64,000 nucleotides of DNA from Desulfobacterales bacterium (GTDB taxonomy: Bacteria; Desulfobacterota; Desulfobacteria; Desulfobacterales; JAEINQ01), in contig JAEINQ010000002.1 of NCBI GenBank assembly GCA_016342285.1, positions 1 to 64,000 on the forward strand, in the 5' to 3' direction. The position numbers and the translations under genes were made by a program. A model generated the notes under the pieces. It had not been told where the DNA came from. It worked only from the letters and a program-made list of their open reading frames with translations, and ran no database searches. Each line of letters begins with the position of its first letter. Position 1 is the first letter of the stretch. Below, in pieces: positions 27,075 through 38,702 of the stretch.

Positions 27075-27821
27075 TCAGTCTTGCGCTTTCAGGTCTGAAT
27101 CGTCTTCGCTCCTGTTGACAACCGGCATCTCCGTGCCGACGAAAAAGGCCCTGCGGTTCTTGTCGAAAAACAACAGAAGCACCTGTGTGCCGCGAGGGAT
27201 ATTGCTTTCGCCGGCACTGACCAAACACTGGACGGTGTGCAAAGAGCCGGCATCGTCGTGGACAAGGGCCTGGCCGAAGGTTTCATCGATGGTTGTGATG
27301 GCCTCGGCCCATTTGCCCGCCAATTGTTCTATGGAAACAGCGTATGTTTCCGTGGCAGGCATGATCCGGGATAACAAAGCCGCCAAAATTCGGGTGCAAA
27401 AGACAGATACCATCAGGGCCATGGCGACGGAGACCCACACAAACAGAAACGCCGGCAGGACTGGTTTGAGCAGGGTGTTGCCAGCGAACCCGGTGAACCC
27501 CCACAGAAAACAGACCGAAATGAGGATAATCGACAGGGGAACCCGGCCGATGCCCAGAAAACTTAGCGCGCGGGCCAGCATCCCCGGATCGACGTCATGC
27601 AGGTGTTCGATACCCGTGCTGTGGCCCATGTCCGCGCTTAAATCAGCATCGTGATCCATGTCCACGTTGAACTCGACTCCTTGATCCATGTCTAAGTTGA
27701 AATCCGCATCGTGGTCGGCGGCCACGGTACCGGTACAGAGCAGGAGAATATAAAAAAGGGCGCCGATGAATGGCAGGATAAAAATAAGGTTCCACCACTG
27801 CAGCAACTCCGCCATATCCAC
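27075..27821 (-). CDS. NfeD-like membrane protein (YqiJ/DUF1449 family), the usual partner of flotillin YqiK
   Basis: Multi-TM N-terminus with an acidic DHDAD repeat region and a C-terminal OB-fold-like segment; immediately upstream of the flotillin gene, same strand. Confidence 0.65.
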   Translation of the reverse strand: MDMAELLQWWNLIFILPFIGALFYILLLCTGTVAADHDADFNLDMDQGVEFNVDMDHDADLSADMGHSTGIEHLHDVDPGMLARALSFLGIGRVPLSIILISVCFLWGFTGFAGNTLLKPVLPAFLFVWVSVAMALMVSVFCTRILAALLSRIMPATETYAVSIEQLAGKWAEAITTIDETFGQALVHDDAGSLHTVQCLVSAGESNIPRGTQVLLLFFDKNRRAFFVGTEMPVVNRSEDDSDLKAQD

Positions 27822-27870
27822 TTCCTTTACGGTAAAGTCAGGTCTGTTTCAGCCGGTTGCACGCACTGTG

Positions 27871-28650
27871 TCACTTCGTAGGGGGGCCGATGTCGATGAG
27901 GCCACCCAAGGGCGGTTTTTCCAGAAATTTGATGGCGCTTTCAGCGGGGTCGTCGACAATCTCGGCCTCCTCGATCTCTTTGTTACCGGCATGGGCGAGC
28001 TCTTTTTGCCAGCGCCGGCCGATGGCCGTCACGTCGGCGTTTTTGCGGGCCGCGGCAATCTCGGCGCCCAGTGCGTCCTGGCCGCTCTGAATGCTCAAGG
28101 TGGCCGCCTGAACCGATGCCGATAAGAGCAACTCCTCCCGGGCATCTTCGAACTCGTCGGCGGCTGTGGATTGCGTCATGGCCAGGGCCTGATGCTTTTT
28201 TTGCAGCTCGATGACGCTCTCCAACTGCGCCAGGGCTTTGGCTTCGGAAGCGGCGCGCTGTGCGGCCATGGCTTCGGCCCTGAAACTTCCCAGCGCCGCC
28301 TTAGCCTGTTCGTCGGCTGTTTTGGCCTGGGTCGTCATTTGTTGAATCGTCTGTTGCATAATGGCGTATCGCGCCATGGCCGATTCTGCCTTGGGCGTAT
28401 TGCCGGCGCTCATCGCCTGCTTGCCGATGGCTTCCACGGCTTTGGCTTCAGCCACCAGGCGCTGCAAATCGCGCCTGCTCTGGGTGGCCAACCGTACCTG
28501 GGCTTCGACCATCTCCATCCGGCCTTGCAAGGCCAGGAGCCGTTTGGTGGCCAGTTCCTGGATACCTGGCTTTGTTTTTGACGCCTCTTTATTATCCGCG
28601 TCCGAAAGAAAGTTCGCCATCTTGCGTAAAACATCACTGAACATCCCCAT
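27871..28650 (-). CDS. pspA: PspA/IM30 (Vipp1) family protein
   Basis: N-terminal amphipathic MGMFSDVLRKMANFL and long alpha-helical coiled-coil with PspA-like heptads; start taken at MGMFS. Confidence 0.7.
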   Translation of the reverse strand: MGMFSDVLRKMANFLSDADNKEASKTKPGIQELATKRLLALQGRMEMVEAQVRLATQSRRDLQRLVAEAKAVEAIGKQAMSAGNTPKAESAMARYAIMQQTIQQMTTQAKTADEQAKAALGSFRAEAMAAQRAASEAKALAQLESVIELQKKHQALAMTQSTAADEFEDAREELLLSASVQAATLSIQSGQDALGAEIAAARKNADVTAIGRRWQKELAHAGNKEIEEAEIVDDPAESAIKFLEKPPLGGLIDIGPPTK

Positions 28651-29021
28651 GACCATCTCCTTATGTTTCTAACTGCCGGTTACAGATTGCCTTTGGAACT
28701 ACTTACAGGCATTGCCCCCGGCGAACAATGAAAAGCCCGATCCACCGGAATCTTAATGGCCGGCATGAACTGGGTCGCCGGAGCTATGAAAATTTGTCTA
28801 TTAGAGAAGAGATAATAACTTGCTTTTGAGCATGCCGTTTACCTCGCCGCGCAAATTGTGCCTGGATATTGCTGACGCCCCAAGAGCGGCCGCCCCGATG
28901 GTTGGCTCCACTATCCAAAGTTTTAAGCACCCTGTCAATATGTGCGGGGTCGAGGGGTCGTCTTAAATATTAAATATGCGTTCTGCAATCCGCTTAATCT
29001 GTCCGTTGATTTTTTCCTTTT

Positions 29022-29222
29022 TTATTTTTCCGCCACTACATTGTGTCGCATGGTAATGGCGGCGCAGGAGTCGCCTAATAGTTGTCCCAAAGCACGAACC
29101 CTAAACCGGAATGGGTCGGTCTTGTCAATAATCGATATCGGAGAGACGACCCATCGGACGTCCATTTTGTATTTCTTGGAAAAATGAAACTTTCCGCTAA
29201 TTACCCTGTCCTGATGCAGCAT
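29022..29222 (-). pseudogene. Degraded fragment of a DnaA-C-like/transposase C-terminus (partial paralog of 23722-24696)
   Basis: ...GDSCAAITMRHNVVAEK matches ...SGAAITMRHKAVAEK of the intact copy; DNA similarity at 29040-29090 vs 23780-23830. Confidence 0.45.
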
Positions 29223-29658
29223 CGGTTATAACCCCCGCGGCTGTCCCCGAAAAAGGAGACGATCCAGTCGGGGCACCCGCCGCGCCACCCATGGACCCTC
29301 CCATGGACGCTCCTGGGGCGCCAGTGCCCCAATTCCCTGTTTGGGTTTGGGTGAGGACTTGCATTGTGAAATTAGCGGACGGATTGAACAAACCTGGCAA
29401 CGACTGACCGAGATTGGCCGTATCCAAATTCACCCATCCGCTGGAAAAATCACCGCTGAAGGCTTTGCCGGCGGAACCCGGAGAGACAAGGATAATCATG
29501 GCAAGAAAAATGGCGGTGATGTCCACGGGAAAGAAATCGAGTGTAGAAAACATCGAAAAGCACTGGGGCAGGGCATTAAATTGTCTTGCGGATCAGGGGA
29601 AAAAAACGGCCCGCCAAAAGGCGGGCCGTTTGGGTTGGCGCGTTTGTCGCGGTTCAGC

Positions 29659-31071
29659 TTAGATGTCGTAGTACAGGTGAAACTCATGGGGATGGGGCCG
29701 GAGCCGGACCGGATTGACTTCGTTTTCCGTCTTGTAACTGATCCACATGTCGATGACGTCCTGGGTGAAAACGTCGCCTTTGAGCAGGAAATCGTGATCG
29801 GCCGCAAGGGCGGCCAGGGCTTCGTCCAGGGAGCCGGGCGCTGATTCGAGTTCGGCCAGTTCCTCGGGCGGCAGATCGTAGATGTTCTTGTCCAGGGGAT
29901 CACCCGGTTCCATCTTGTTTTCGATGCCGTCCAAAACCGCCATGAGAATGGCGGAAAAGGCCAGGTATCCGTTGCAGGAGGGATCCGGCGTACGGAATTC
30001 GATCCGCTTGGCTTTGGGCGACGGTGAGTACATGGGGATGCGGACCGCGGCGCTACGGTTGCGGCTCGAGTAGGCCAGGTTGACCGGGGCCTCGAAACCG
30101 GGGACCAGGCGCTTGTAGCTGTTGGTGGTGGGGTTGGTGAAGGCGCACAGGGCCTTGCAGTGCTTGATAATGCCGCCGATGGCCCACAGGGCCTCCTGGG
30201 AGACGCCGGCGTACTTGTCACCGGCAAAGAGCGGCGCGCCGTCCTTCCAGAGGCTGATGTGGGTGTGCATGCCGGAGCCGTTGTCCTCAAAGAGCGGCTT
30301 GGGCATGAAGGTAACGGTGTGGCCGGCGCGGTGGGCCACGTTCTTCAGAACGTATTTGAACCAGACGAGCTGGTCGCCCATCTGAAGCAGCGGCTTAAAG
30401 CGCATGTCGATTTCCGCTTGGCCGGCGGTGGCCACCTCGTGGTGCTGGCATTCCACGTCGATGCCGAGCTGTTCCAGGACCAGCATCATTTCGGTCCGCA
30501 GGTTCTGGAATTTATCGGTGGGTGGTACGGGAAAGTAGCCCTCCTTGTGACGGGGCTTGTAGCCGAGGTTCGGGCATTCGTCACGGCCGGTGTTCCAGGT
30601 TCCTTCGACGGAGTCGATGGCATAAAAGGCGCTGTTTGCGTTCGATTCGTACTGAATGTCATCAAAGATAAAAAATTCAGCCTCGGGACCGATAAAGGCC
30701 GTGTCGCCCATGCCGGTGCTTTTGAGATAGGCTTCGGCTTTCTGGGCGATGTAGCGCGGGTCGCGGCTATAGGGTTCGCGGGTGATCGGATCGACGATGT
30801 TGCCGATGAGCACCAGGGTGGGGTGGTCGAAAAAGGGATCCATTTTGGCGGTGCTGGCGTCGGGCACCACCAGCATGTCACTGGCGTTAATGGGCTGCCA
30901 CCCGCGGATACTGGATCCGTCAAAGCCGTAGCCGTCTTCAAAGGTTGATGCCTCCAGTTCGCTCATGGGCACGGTGAAGTGCTGCCAGATGCCGGGAAAA
31001 TCCATGAAGCGGACGTCCACGACCTTTGCGCCGTTTTCCTTAGCCATTGCAAGAGCTTGTTCCGGTGTCAT
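29659..31071 (-). CDS. glnA: Glutamine synthetase, type I
   Basis: GS-I signature blocks ([33 protein letters not shown]) and an adenylylation-site-like NLYDLPPEE. Confidence 0.9.
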   Translation of the reverse strand: MTPEQALAMAKENGAKVVDVRFMDFPGIWQHFTVPMSELEASTFEDGYGFDGSSIRGWQPINASDMLVVPDASTAKMDPFFDHPTLVLIGNIVDPITREPYSRDPRYIAQKAEAYLKSTGMGDTAFIGPEAEFFIFDDIQYESNANSAFYAIDSVEGTWNTGRDECPNLGYKPRHKEGYFPVPPTDKFQNLRTEMMLVLEQLGIDVECQHHEVATAGQAEIDMRFKPLLQMGDQLVWFKYVLKNVAHRAGHTVTFMPKPLFEDNGSGMHTHISLWKDGAPLFAGDKYAGVSQEALWAIGGIIKHCKALCAFTNPTTNSYKRLVPGFEAPVNLAYSSRNRSAAVRIPMYSPSPKAKRIEFRTPDPSCNGYLAFSAILMAVLDGIENKMEPGDPLDKNIYDLPPEELAELESAPGSLDEALAALAADHDFLLKGDVFTQDVIDMWISYKTENEVNPVRLRPHPHEFHLYYDI

Positions 31072-31143
31072 AGCCTGTTTCTCCTTATGCTTGATTGATG
31101 ATGGTGGTTGAGTAAAAACCTCTTTGTCTCCTAAGTTGAGCGA

Positions 31144-31527
<384 letters not shown>

Positions 31528-31529
<2 letters not shown>

Positions 31530-32817
31530 ACATTTCAAAGGCCCGCTCGCCATGCAGCGCATGATCAAGGCCCTGTATTTCGTCGTCTTCTTCTACCCTC
31601 AGGCCGCCGGTGACCGTCCGGGTGATCAGCACCACCACCACCGTGGCAACGGCAGTAAAGGCGGCCGTGGCCAGGATGGAGACGAACTGAATCCAGAGTT
31701 GTCTGGGGTTGCCGTAGAGCAGGCCGGCCGCGCTCGGGTTGACGGCCGGATTGGCAAAGACGCCGGTGGCCAGTGCGCCCCAGATGCCGCAGACGCCATG
31801 AACCCCGAAGGCGTCCAGGGAGTCGTCGTAGCCCAGCCTGGGCTTGATCTTGACCACGGCGTAAAAGCCCAGCAGGCCGGCCCCCAGTCCGATGGCCAGG
31901 GCAGCGGGCATGTTGACGAATCCGGCCGCAGGGGTGATGGAGACCAGGCCTGCCACGATACCCGAGGCGAGGCCGAGAACGGTTGGTCTTTTTTCCACGG
32001 TCCATTCGGCAAACATCCAGGTCAACCCGCCCATGGCCGCCGAGGTGTTGGTTACCAGGAACGCCGAGCCGGCCAGTCCGTCGGCGGCAAGCTGGCTGCC
32101 GGCATTGAATCCGAACCAGCCAAACCACAACAGGCCGGCGCCCAAGGCGGTGAGGGTGACGCTGGAGGGAAACATGGCCTCTTTACCATATCCGATCCGT
32201 TTGCCCAAGAACAGGGCCAGAACCAGCCCGGCCACACCGGCATTGATGTGGACCACATTGCCGCCGGCAAAATCGAGGGCACCCATGTCGGCCATCCATC
32301 CCCCGCCCCAGACCCAGTGGGCGATGGGGGTATAGACCAGGGTCACCCACAGGGCGGTAAAGACCAGCCAGGACGAAAATTTCATGCGATCCACAATGGA
32401 TCCCAGAACCAATGCCACGGTGATGGCGGCAAAGGTCATCTGGAACAGGACAAAGACAAATGTGGGAATGGTGCCCGACAGGCTGGAGACGCCGATGCCG
32501 TTTAAAAAGAGATGGTCCAGCCCGCCGATGAGGCCGCCCTGGTCCGGCCCGAAAGCCAGGGTGTAGCCCCAGCAGACCCACAGGAGGCTTGCCAGGCAAT
32601 AAGCGGCGATGGTCATGGCAAAGGTGTTGAGAAGGTTTTTCGACCGTGACATGCCGCCGTAAAACAGGGCCAGTCCGGCCGGGGTCATCATCATGACCAG
32701 GGCCGTGGAGACGATAACCCAGGCCGTGTCGCCGCTGTCAAGCTGGTCAGCCCCAAAGGCGTTGGCTGCCGGGATGAGAAGCACCATGACTGCTGCGATG
32801 AGACGTTTGTGATTCAT
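31528..32817 (-). CDS. amt: Ammonium transporter Amt (copy 2)
   Basis: Signal peptide, 11 TM helices, Amt signature blocks (LFYGGMSRSKN, HWVWGGGW, GGNVVHINAG). Confidence 0.9.
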
Positions 32818-32883
32818 TGGAGAGCACCTCCTTGTGTTCTGTTTCCGACAAGTTGTGGTTTCGTCATTGATCCGGCCTGTCGC

Positions 32884-35520
32884 CTATGGGTCCTGGCCCG
32901 AAACCACCGCCGAAATGGTTGTATGAATCTCTGTCACATGGTCGGCGGTGTCCACCTTCTGGCCATCGAAATCCCGGACATAGAAGACATCGACGACCTG
33001 GTCGGCACGGGTGGCGATTTTGGCCACCCAGACGTCGAGGCGGCACTGGAACAGGGCGTTGGTGATACCGAAGAGGAGTCCCGGCGAGTCGTCGGCGAAG
33101 ACTTCGACAATGGTGAAAAAGCTCGAGCTTTCATTATCCACGTTAATCTGGGGTGACCGCTCCATGGCCTCCGGCCGTGATGACCGGCGCCGGTCGAGCT
33201 TTTCCGACAGGGCGGCCGTCAGGTCCAGGCGTCCTGCCAGGGCTTCGGTCAGGTCTCTTTCGGCCCTGCCCCACCGCTCGTATTCGAAAATCTGGTCCGG
33301 TGGCGGCGTGACCTGGAAAATGTCCAGCGCCACGTTGTTGCGCCAGGTAAAGACCTGGGCATCGAGGACATCGATGCCGTTTAAGGTGAAGATCCCGGCG
33401 ATTCTTGAAAAAAGCCCAGGCCGGTCCTTGGCGCAGACCGTGACGGTCCGGGTGCCGATCTCCTCGGAGTGGTCGATCTGCCAGACGAATTCGCGATCAC
33501 CCAGCTCCCGGTGGAGTCTAATGTGATTCTTCATTTCCTCGGTCGGCACATAGAGCAGGTAGCGAGGAGACATGACCGCAAAGAGTTTCTCCATTTGGGT
33601 CCGGGCTTCACCAGGGGCGGCCTCTTCGATCACCCGACGCTTTTTCTCCTCTACCATGGAGACCGCCTCACGGGAGGCAAGCTCTCCTTTTTCCATAATC
33701 TTGAGGACCCTGAAAAAGAGCGCGCGCAGCAGGGCCGCGGTCCATTCGTTCCAGGCCTTGGGGCCGGTGGCGATGGAGTCTGCAACGGTGAGCAGGAAGA
33801 GCATTTTGAGCCGGTCAACCGTCTGGATCTGCCTGGCACAGACGATGGCGGTTTCTTCGTCGTAGATGTCGCGGCGGGTGGCGGCCTTGATCAGGAGCAG
33901 GTGATCGCGGACCAGTGCACTGACCGTCTCGATGTCACCCGGTGCATACCCCAGGCGGGTCATCAACTGTTCGGCCACGAGGGCGCCCTTTTTGGCGTGG
34001 TCGCCGCCGGGCGTTCCTTTGCCGATGTCGTGGAGCATTGTTGCCCACAGCAGCCGTTTTCGGTGCTTGATGGCCTTGTACAGATCATCACAGAAGGGGT
34101 CGTTGGCCAGGCTGAGTGGGGTGCCGAAACCCTTGAGGACCTGAAGGGCGCGCAGGCTGTGTTTGTCCACCGGATAAAGGTGGTACTCATCGTATTGGAT
34201 CCGGTTGACGATGGCGCCCATTTCCGGCAGCAACGCGACCAGCAAGCCGGTGTTCGTCATTTCGTTGAGCACGTTGAATTCCAGGACCGGCGTGGCCAGA
34301 ATTTTTTCAAAGGCCTGGATCGTTTCGGGGTGGGTTCGAAAAGGGTCGTCCACCAGGTGAAGGAATTCCCTCACCAACCGATTGGCCTCGGTGCTCAGGG
34401 GGATCTTGAGCCGGGCGCTCTCCTCGAAGATCTTGATCAGCAGGATCGGGGCTTCCAGCAGCGTTTCCGGGGCGCTGAAGCCGAGCACGTTCCCTTTGAG
34501 CACCACGATGCCGTCGACCCCGCTCTTCTTGATCTGCAACCTTCGGCGCAGCCGGTGCTTCTCATGTCCGAGTTCATAGAGGAACATCAGATGCTGCTGC
34601 TTGATGATTTCCATCTGCCCGTGAAGATCACCGAGAAACCGTTCCACCGGCTGCTGTCCGTCGGCCTTGCTGTAGCCAAGCGCTTTTGCCAGACGGGTCT
34701 GGTGCTCGAAGTGGAGCTGGTCGCTTTTTCGTCCGGTCAGTCCGTGCAGACGATTGCGCACTTTCCAGATGAAGGCCAGGGCTCGGTCCAGTTCCTGGTA
34801 TTCGTTGTGGGACAGCAGGCCATGGTATTCCAGATCCCTTGGCTGTTTGATGTCGGAGGTAATCCGCGCGACCCAGAGCATGGTGTGATAATCTCTCAGG
34901 CCGCCCTGACCTTCCTTGAGGTTGGGCTCCAGCAGAAAGGCCGAATCGCCGAATCGCTGGTGGCGGACCGTGTTGGTGTCCACCAGCCACCGGACGATTT
35001 TTTTGGCCCGGCGGCCGAGGATTTTTCCCCGGAGCTGCTCCATCAGTGAGGTGTACAGGGGCGACAGGCCGCAGACGAAGCGGGCGTCCAGCAGCGACGT
35101 GAGCACTTCGTAGTCCGTGGCGGCCAGGCTGATGCATTCCTTCAGGGTCCGGGTGGCATGGCCGATCTCCAGGCCGATGTCCCACAGGGGGTAGACCACC
35201 TCCTGAATCAGGGTTTCGGCCTGGGGCGGGATGTCCTTGTTGAAGAGCAGCAACAGGTCCACGTCCGAGTGGAGGCACTGTTCCTGGCGTCCGTAGCCGC
35301 CTTGGGCGATGATGGCGTAAGGATTTCTGGCGATGTCCATACGCGGCCCGATGTCGCTCGCCTCGAAGCATTCCCGGAAATAGTCGTCCAGCAACTGGGC
35401 ATTTTGTTGCAGAAACAACCGGTCTCCGCTTTCAAACAGGGTCTGCACCAGTTCCCGTTTCCGCTGGACCAGGTGTTCGGCGAACCGTTTGTATTTATTT
35501 TTCGGAGCAGGTGTTGCCAC
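32884..35520 (-). CDS. glnD: [Protein-PII] uridylyltransferase / uridylyl-removing enzyme
   Basis: Nucleotidyltransferase motif GGYGRQEQCLHSDVDLLLLF, HD domain (LHDIGKG), two C-terminal ACT-like domains; 878 aa. Confidence 0.85.
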   Translation of the reverse strand: MATPAPKNKYKRFAEHLVQRKRELVQTLFESGDRLFLQQNAQLLDDYFRECFEASDIGPRMDIARNPYAIIAQGGYGRQEQCLHSDVDLLLLFNKDIPPQAETLIQEVVYPLWDIGLEIGHATRTLKECISLAATDYEVLTSLLDARFVCGLSPLYTSLMEQLRGKILGRRAKKIVRWLVDTNTVRHQRFGDSAFLLEPNLKEGQGGLRDYHTMLWVARITSDIKQPRDLEYHGLLSHNEYQELDRALAFIWKVRNRLHGLTGRKSDQLHFEHQTRLAKALGYSKADGQQPVERFLGDLHGQMEIIKQQHLMFLYELGHEKHRLRRRLQIKKSGVDGIVVLKGNVLGFSAPETLLEAPILLIKIFEESARLKIPLSTEANRLVREFLHLVDDPFRTHPETIQAFEKILATPVLEFNVLNEMTNTGLLVALLPEMGAIVNRIQYDEYHLYPVDKHSLRALQVLKGFGTPLSLANDPFCDDLYKAIKHRKRLLWATMLHDIGKGTPGGDHAKKGALVAEQLMTRLGYAPGDIETVSALVRDHLLLIKAATRRDIYDEETAIVCARQIQTVDRLKMLFLLTVADSIATGPKAWNEWTAALLRALFFRVLKIMEKGELASREAVSMVEEKKRRVIEEAAPGEARTQMEKLFAVMSPRYLLYVPTEEMKNHIRLHRELGDREFVWQIDHSEEIGTRTVTVCAKDRPGLFSRIAGIFTLNGIDVLDAQVFTWRNNVALDIFQVTPPPDQIFEYERWGRAERDLTEALAGRLDLTAALSEKLDRRRSSRPEAMERSPQINVDNESSSFFTIVEVFADDSPGLLFGITNALFQCRLDVWVAKIATRADQVVDVFYVRDFDGQKVDTADHVTEIHTTISAVVSGQDP

Positions 35521-35898
35521 GGCGAATCACCTTTGAAAACCGGTTCCTCGGGCCATGGGCAGGCCAAAGGATGTTTGTTGGTGGGCATATTAAAAGCAAC
35601 GGTTGTGCCAGTTGTCCATGTGGGGCCCAAGAGGCTGTAATTAAATGGAATGATAGAAAACTTAATTCCGAATTAGTCGGCCAGTAGAAACAATATTGTA
35701 ATATTAATTCCAAATAATATTCAAATTCGTACTTTTCCACGGTCCGATAATCCTGAATTGCCTGGTTGTCGAGGATGTCAGGCCGGGCCGAGGCGCTTTA
35801 AAAAATTGCCCGGACCCACGGTTCCGGTGATGGTCGCGGGAAGGGGAAGGAGTTCACCCCCATGGGCATCAATGATGCGGCAGGGGTGTCCGGATCTT

Positions 35899-36160
35899 AC
35901 AATTCGAAGTCGAAATCCACGTCCTCTGGGCGTGGTCAGAGTCCATTGGCTATGCCGTTTCATTTGTCGACCAATGCCTAAAATGCACTAAAGTGTGAAA
36001 TGCCTAAAGTTGTGGAGTCGCTTTGCTCCGGTTTTTTAATCTTAGATATGGCAAAATTCCTTCATTTTAGGCAATTTAGGCATTTAAGGCATTTCGAACT
36101 GAAAGCGCAGGATCGCAGCCCCTTCCAGGGGCAAACCAAAGCCTGGTCCTCTGGGCCAGG
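35899..36160 (+). repeat. Bipartite structured element B (same 5' and 3' modules as 23011-23238), orphaned in the glnD-amt3 intergenic gap
   Basis: 5' module TCCACGTCCTCTGGGCGTGGTCAGAGTCCATTGGCTATGCCG and 3' module CCCTTCCAGGGGCAAACCAAAGCCTGGTCCTCTGGGCCAGG. The middle forms its own long inverted repeat (AATGCCTAAA... / ...TTTAGGCATT). Confidence 0.55.
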
Positions 36161-36395
36161 ATTCTTTACTGGCCTCAACCACGAGACCTGGCGGAACCAG
36201 GGGGTCGTTTGAACGATGGCGATGGTCATAAAGGGGGCCTTTTGCGCGCCGAATGGATGAGCATCCAGCGGTGTGGACCAAGGGGTGGACGAGTGAAATT
36301 TGAGAGCCCGGTTTTGTTCTAAAGAATTAAGATCCGGCGCGTTACAAAAATGCACTTATATTGAAATATCAAAGGCCGGCTCCGGGGACGTGGTT

Positions 36396-36436
36396 GTAAT
36401 TCGAAGTTGAAATCCACGTCATCTGGCCGTGGCAGC
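36396..36436 (+). repeat. Extra partial copy of the 5' module of the bipartite element
   Basis: GTAATTCGAAGTTGAAATCCACGTCATCTGGCCGTGGCAGC vs ACAATTCGAAGTCGAAATCCACGTCCTCTGGGCGTGGTCAG. Confidence 0.5.
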
Positions 36437-36471
36437 AACAATTTTACCCATATGAAACAGCGAAGAACCAG

Positions 36472-36509
36472 CGAATGAAAACCGCCTGCCGGATTTGCCG
36501 GCAGGCGGT
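36472..36509 (-). terminator. Rho-independent terminator downstream of amt3
   Basis: Minus transcript ACCGCCUGCCGG-CAAAU-CCGGCAGGCGGU followed by UUUUCAUU. Confidence 0.7.
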
Positions 36510-36538
36510 CTCGGTCTGTCCATGGGCGATGGGCGATT

Positions 36539-37918
36539 TTAATTCTGGATGTAGGTGGAAACCGCGAAATCGGGATAGGCGTTGCCGCCGTGCTCAGACA
36601 GATCCAGCCCCTCGGCCTCTTCTTCGGGGGTGACCCGCAGGCCCATGGTTTTATCGATGACTTTGAACAAAATAAAGGCCATGGAAAATGTCCACGCAAA
36701 GCAGGCGCCGATGCCCAGCAATTGAACGCCGATGATGGTGGCCGACGTGCCGCCGGTGTTGAACAGGCCGGCAGCCAGAGTGCCCCAGGCGCCGCATACA
36801 CCGTGGACCGATATGGCGCCCACCGGGTCGTCGATACGGATACGGTCAAAGAACAGGACCGAAAAGACCACGATGACACCGGCAATGGCTCCGATAAGGA
36901 TAGAACTGCCTGGCGTCACGTTGGCGCAGCCGGCGGTGATGGCGACCAGTCCGGCCAGGGCGCCGTTGAGGCTCATGCCGACTTCCGGTTTGCCGAATTT
37001 GATCCAGGAGGCGATCATGGCCAGCGTGGCGCCGGCAGCGGCGGCCAGGTTGGTGTTGACAAAGATCATGGCGATGCTCTTGTCGGCCGTGGTGGTTGAG
37101 CCTGGGTTAAAGCCGAACCAGCCAAGCCAGAGGATGAAGACGCCCAGGGCGGCCAGGGGGATGTTGTGGCCGAGAATCGGGCGAATGCCGCCGTCGCTGG
37201 TATATTTTCCCAGGCGCGGCCCCAGGACGATGGCACCGGCCAGGGCCGTCCAGCCGCCCACGCTATGAACCACCGTGGACCCGGCAAAATCGATAAAGCC
37301 AAAGCCCTCCAGCCATCCACTCCCATGGAACAGGCTGCCCCAGGCCCAGCTTCCAAAAATGGGGTAGATAATGGCGCTGACAAAAACGCTGTAGACCAGA
37401 TATCCGGTGAACTTGGTCCGTTCGGCCATGGCGCCGGAGACGATGGTGGCGGCAGTGGCCGCAAAAACCACCTGGAACATCCAGAAGGCCAAAACCCAGG
37501 GGTCGCCATCCGGAGTGAAATCGCTGAGAAAGAACCCCGACGTGCCGATCCAGCCGGTGGAACTGACCCCGAACATCAGGCCGAATCCGATGGCCCAGTA
37601 GGCCAGGGAGCCCAAGGAAAAGTCCATGAGGTTTTTCATCATGATGTTGATGCTGTTTTTGGCCCGGGTGAATCCGGCCTCCACCAAGGCAAACCCGGCT
37701 TGCATGAAGAAGACCAAGGCGGCGGCGACCAGTGTCCACAGATAGTTGGCATGGGTCTGAATCAGTTCGACGGCGATTTTGTTGGATTCGGGCGTGGGGG
37801 CCGGGTCAGCGGCCCATGCCGCGCCCATGCCGATCAGGGACAACAAAAGGGTGGTAATGATGGTGCGCATGGCGATCTCCTTGGGTTTTTGGGCTGTATT
37901 GTTTGTAAAATGCGACAA
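36539..37918 (-). CDS. amt: Ammonium transporter Amt (copy 3)
   Basis: Amt signature blocks and 11 TM helices. The signal-peptide start MRTIITTLLL at 37870 is more likely than the track start 37918. Confidence 0.85.
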   Translation of the reverse strand: MSHFTNNTAQKPKEIAMRTIITTLLLSLIGMGAAWAADPAPTPESNKIAVELIQTHANYLWTLVAAALVFFMQAGFALVEAGFTRAKNSINIMMKNLMDFSLGSLAYWAIGFGLMFGVSSTGWIGTSGFFLSDFTPDGDPWVLAFWMFQVVFAATAATIVSGAMAERTKFTGYLVYSVFVSAIIYPIFGSWAWGSLFHGSGWLEGFGFIDFAGSTVVHSVGGWTALAGAIVLGPRLGKYTSDGGIRPILGHNIPLAALGVFILWLGWFGFNPGSTTTADKSIAMIFVNTNLAAAAGATLAMIASWIKFGKPEVGMSLNGALAGLVAITAGCANVTPGSSILIGAIAGVIVVFSVLFFDRIRIDDPVGAISVHGVCGAWGTLAAGLFNTGGTSATIIGVQLLGIGACFAWTFSMAFILFKVIDKTMGLRVTPEEEAEGLDLSEHGGNAYPDFAVSTYIQN

Positions 37919-37926
37919 AATGCTTG

Positions 37927-38391
<465 letters not shown>

Positions 38392-38702
38392 TTATTGTAT
38401 AATTTGACTAATGTAGAAATTGGAATAGATCAGGCGAAGGCCTCTGGGGCTTCAAGGGAGAAGCAGTTGTGAATTACATAATTGTTATATTTGCTATGTG
38501 ATGTTTCATTTATGGCGTTTTTTGTGCTTCCGTAAAACGGTCCCGACCGTCCGGGCATTGCCGGCCGGTGCCGGGATCTTTTGACACAACCCGTGCAATC
38601 TTTTATTGTGCCCTCTTTGATGGCCGGTCCGTTTGGGTCGGGGTGAAGAAAAACGTTTATGTCCGTTTGATGAGGCCCGCAATTTGCACCGGGACTGTTG
38701 CC

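Noticed and set aside
28651-29021. Searched for a sigma-54 (TGGCAC-N5-TTGC) promoter upstream of the pspA-like gene, as found for enterobacterial pspA
   Set aside because: No match on the minus strand in the 370 nt upstream, so no promoter call was made.
29197-29553. 118-aa minus-strand ORF with a hydrophobic N-terminus and a Gly/Ser/Ala-rich tail
   Set aside because: Low-complexity composition, overlaps the transposase-fragment pseudogene, and has no RBS or domain; left unannotated.
36000-36212. 70-aa ORF within bipartite element B
   Set aside because: It overlaps the conserved inverted-repeat structure, has no RBS, and has no counterpart ORF in the paralogous element A.
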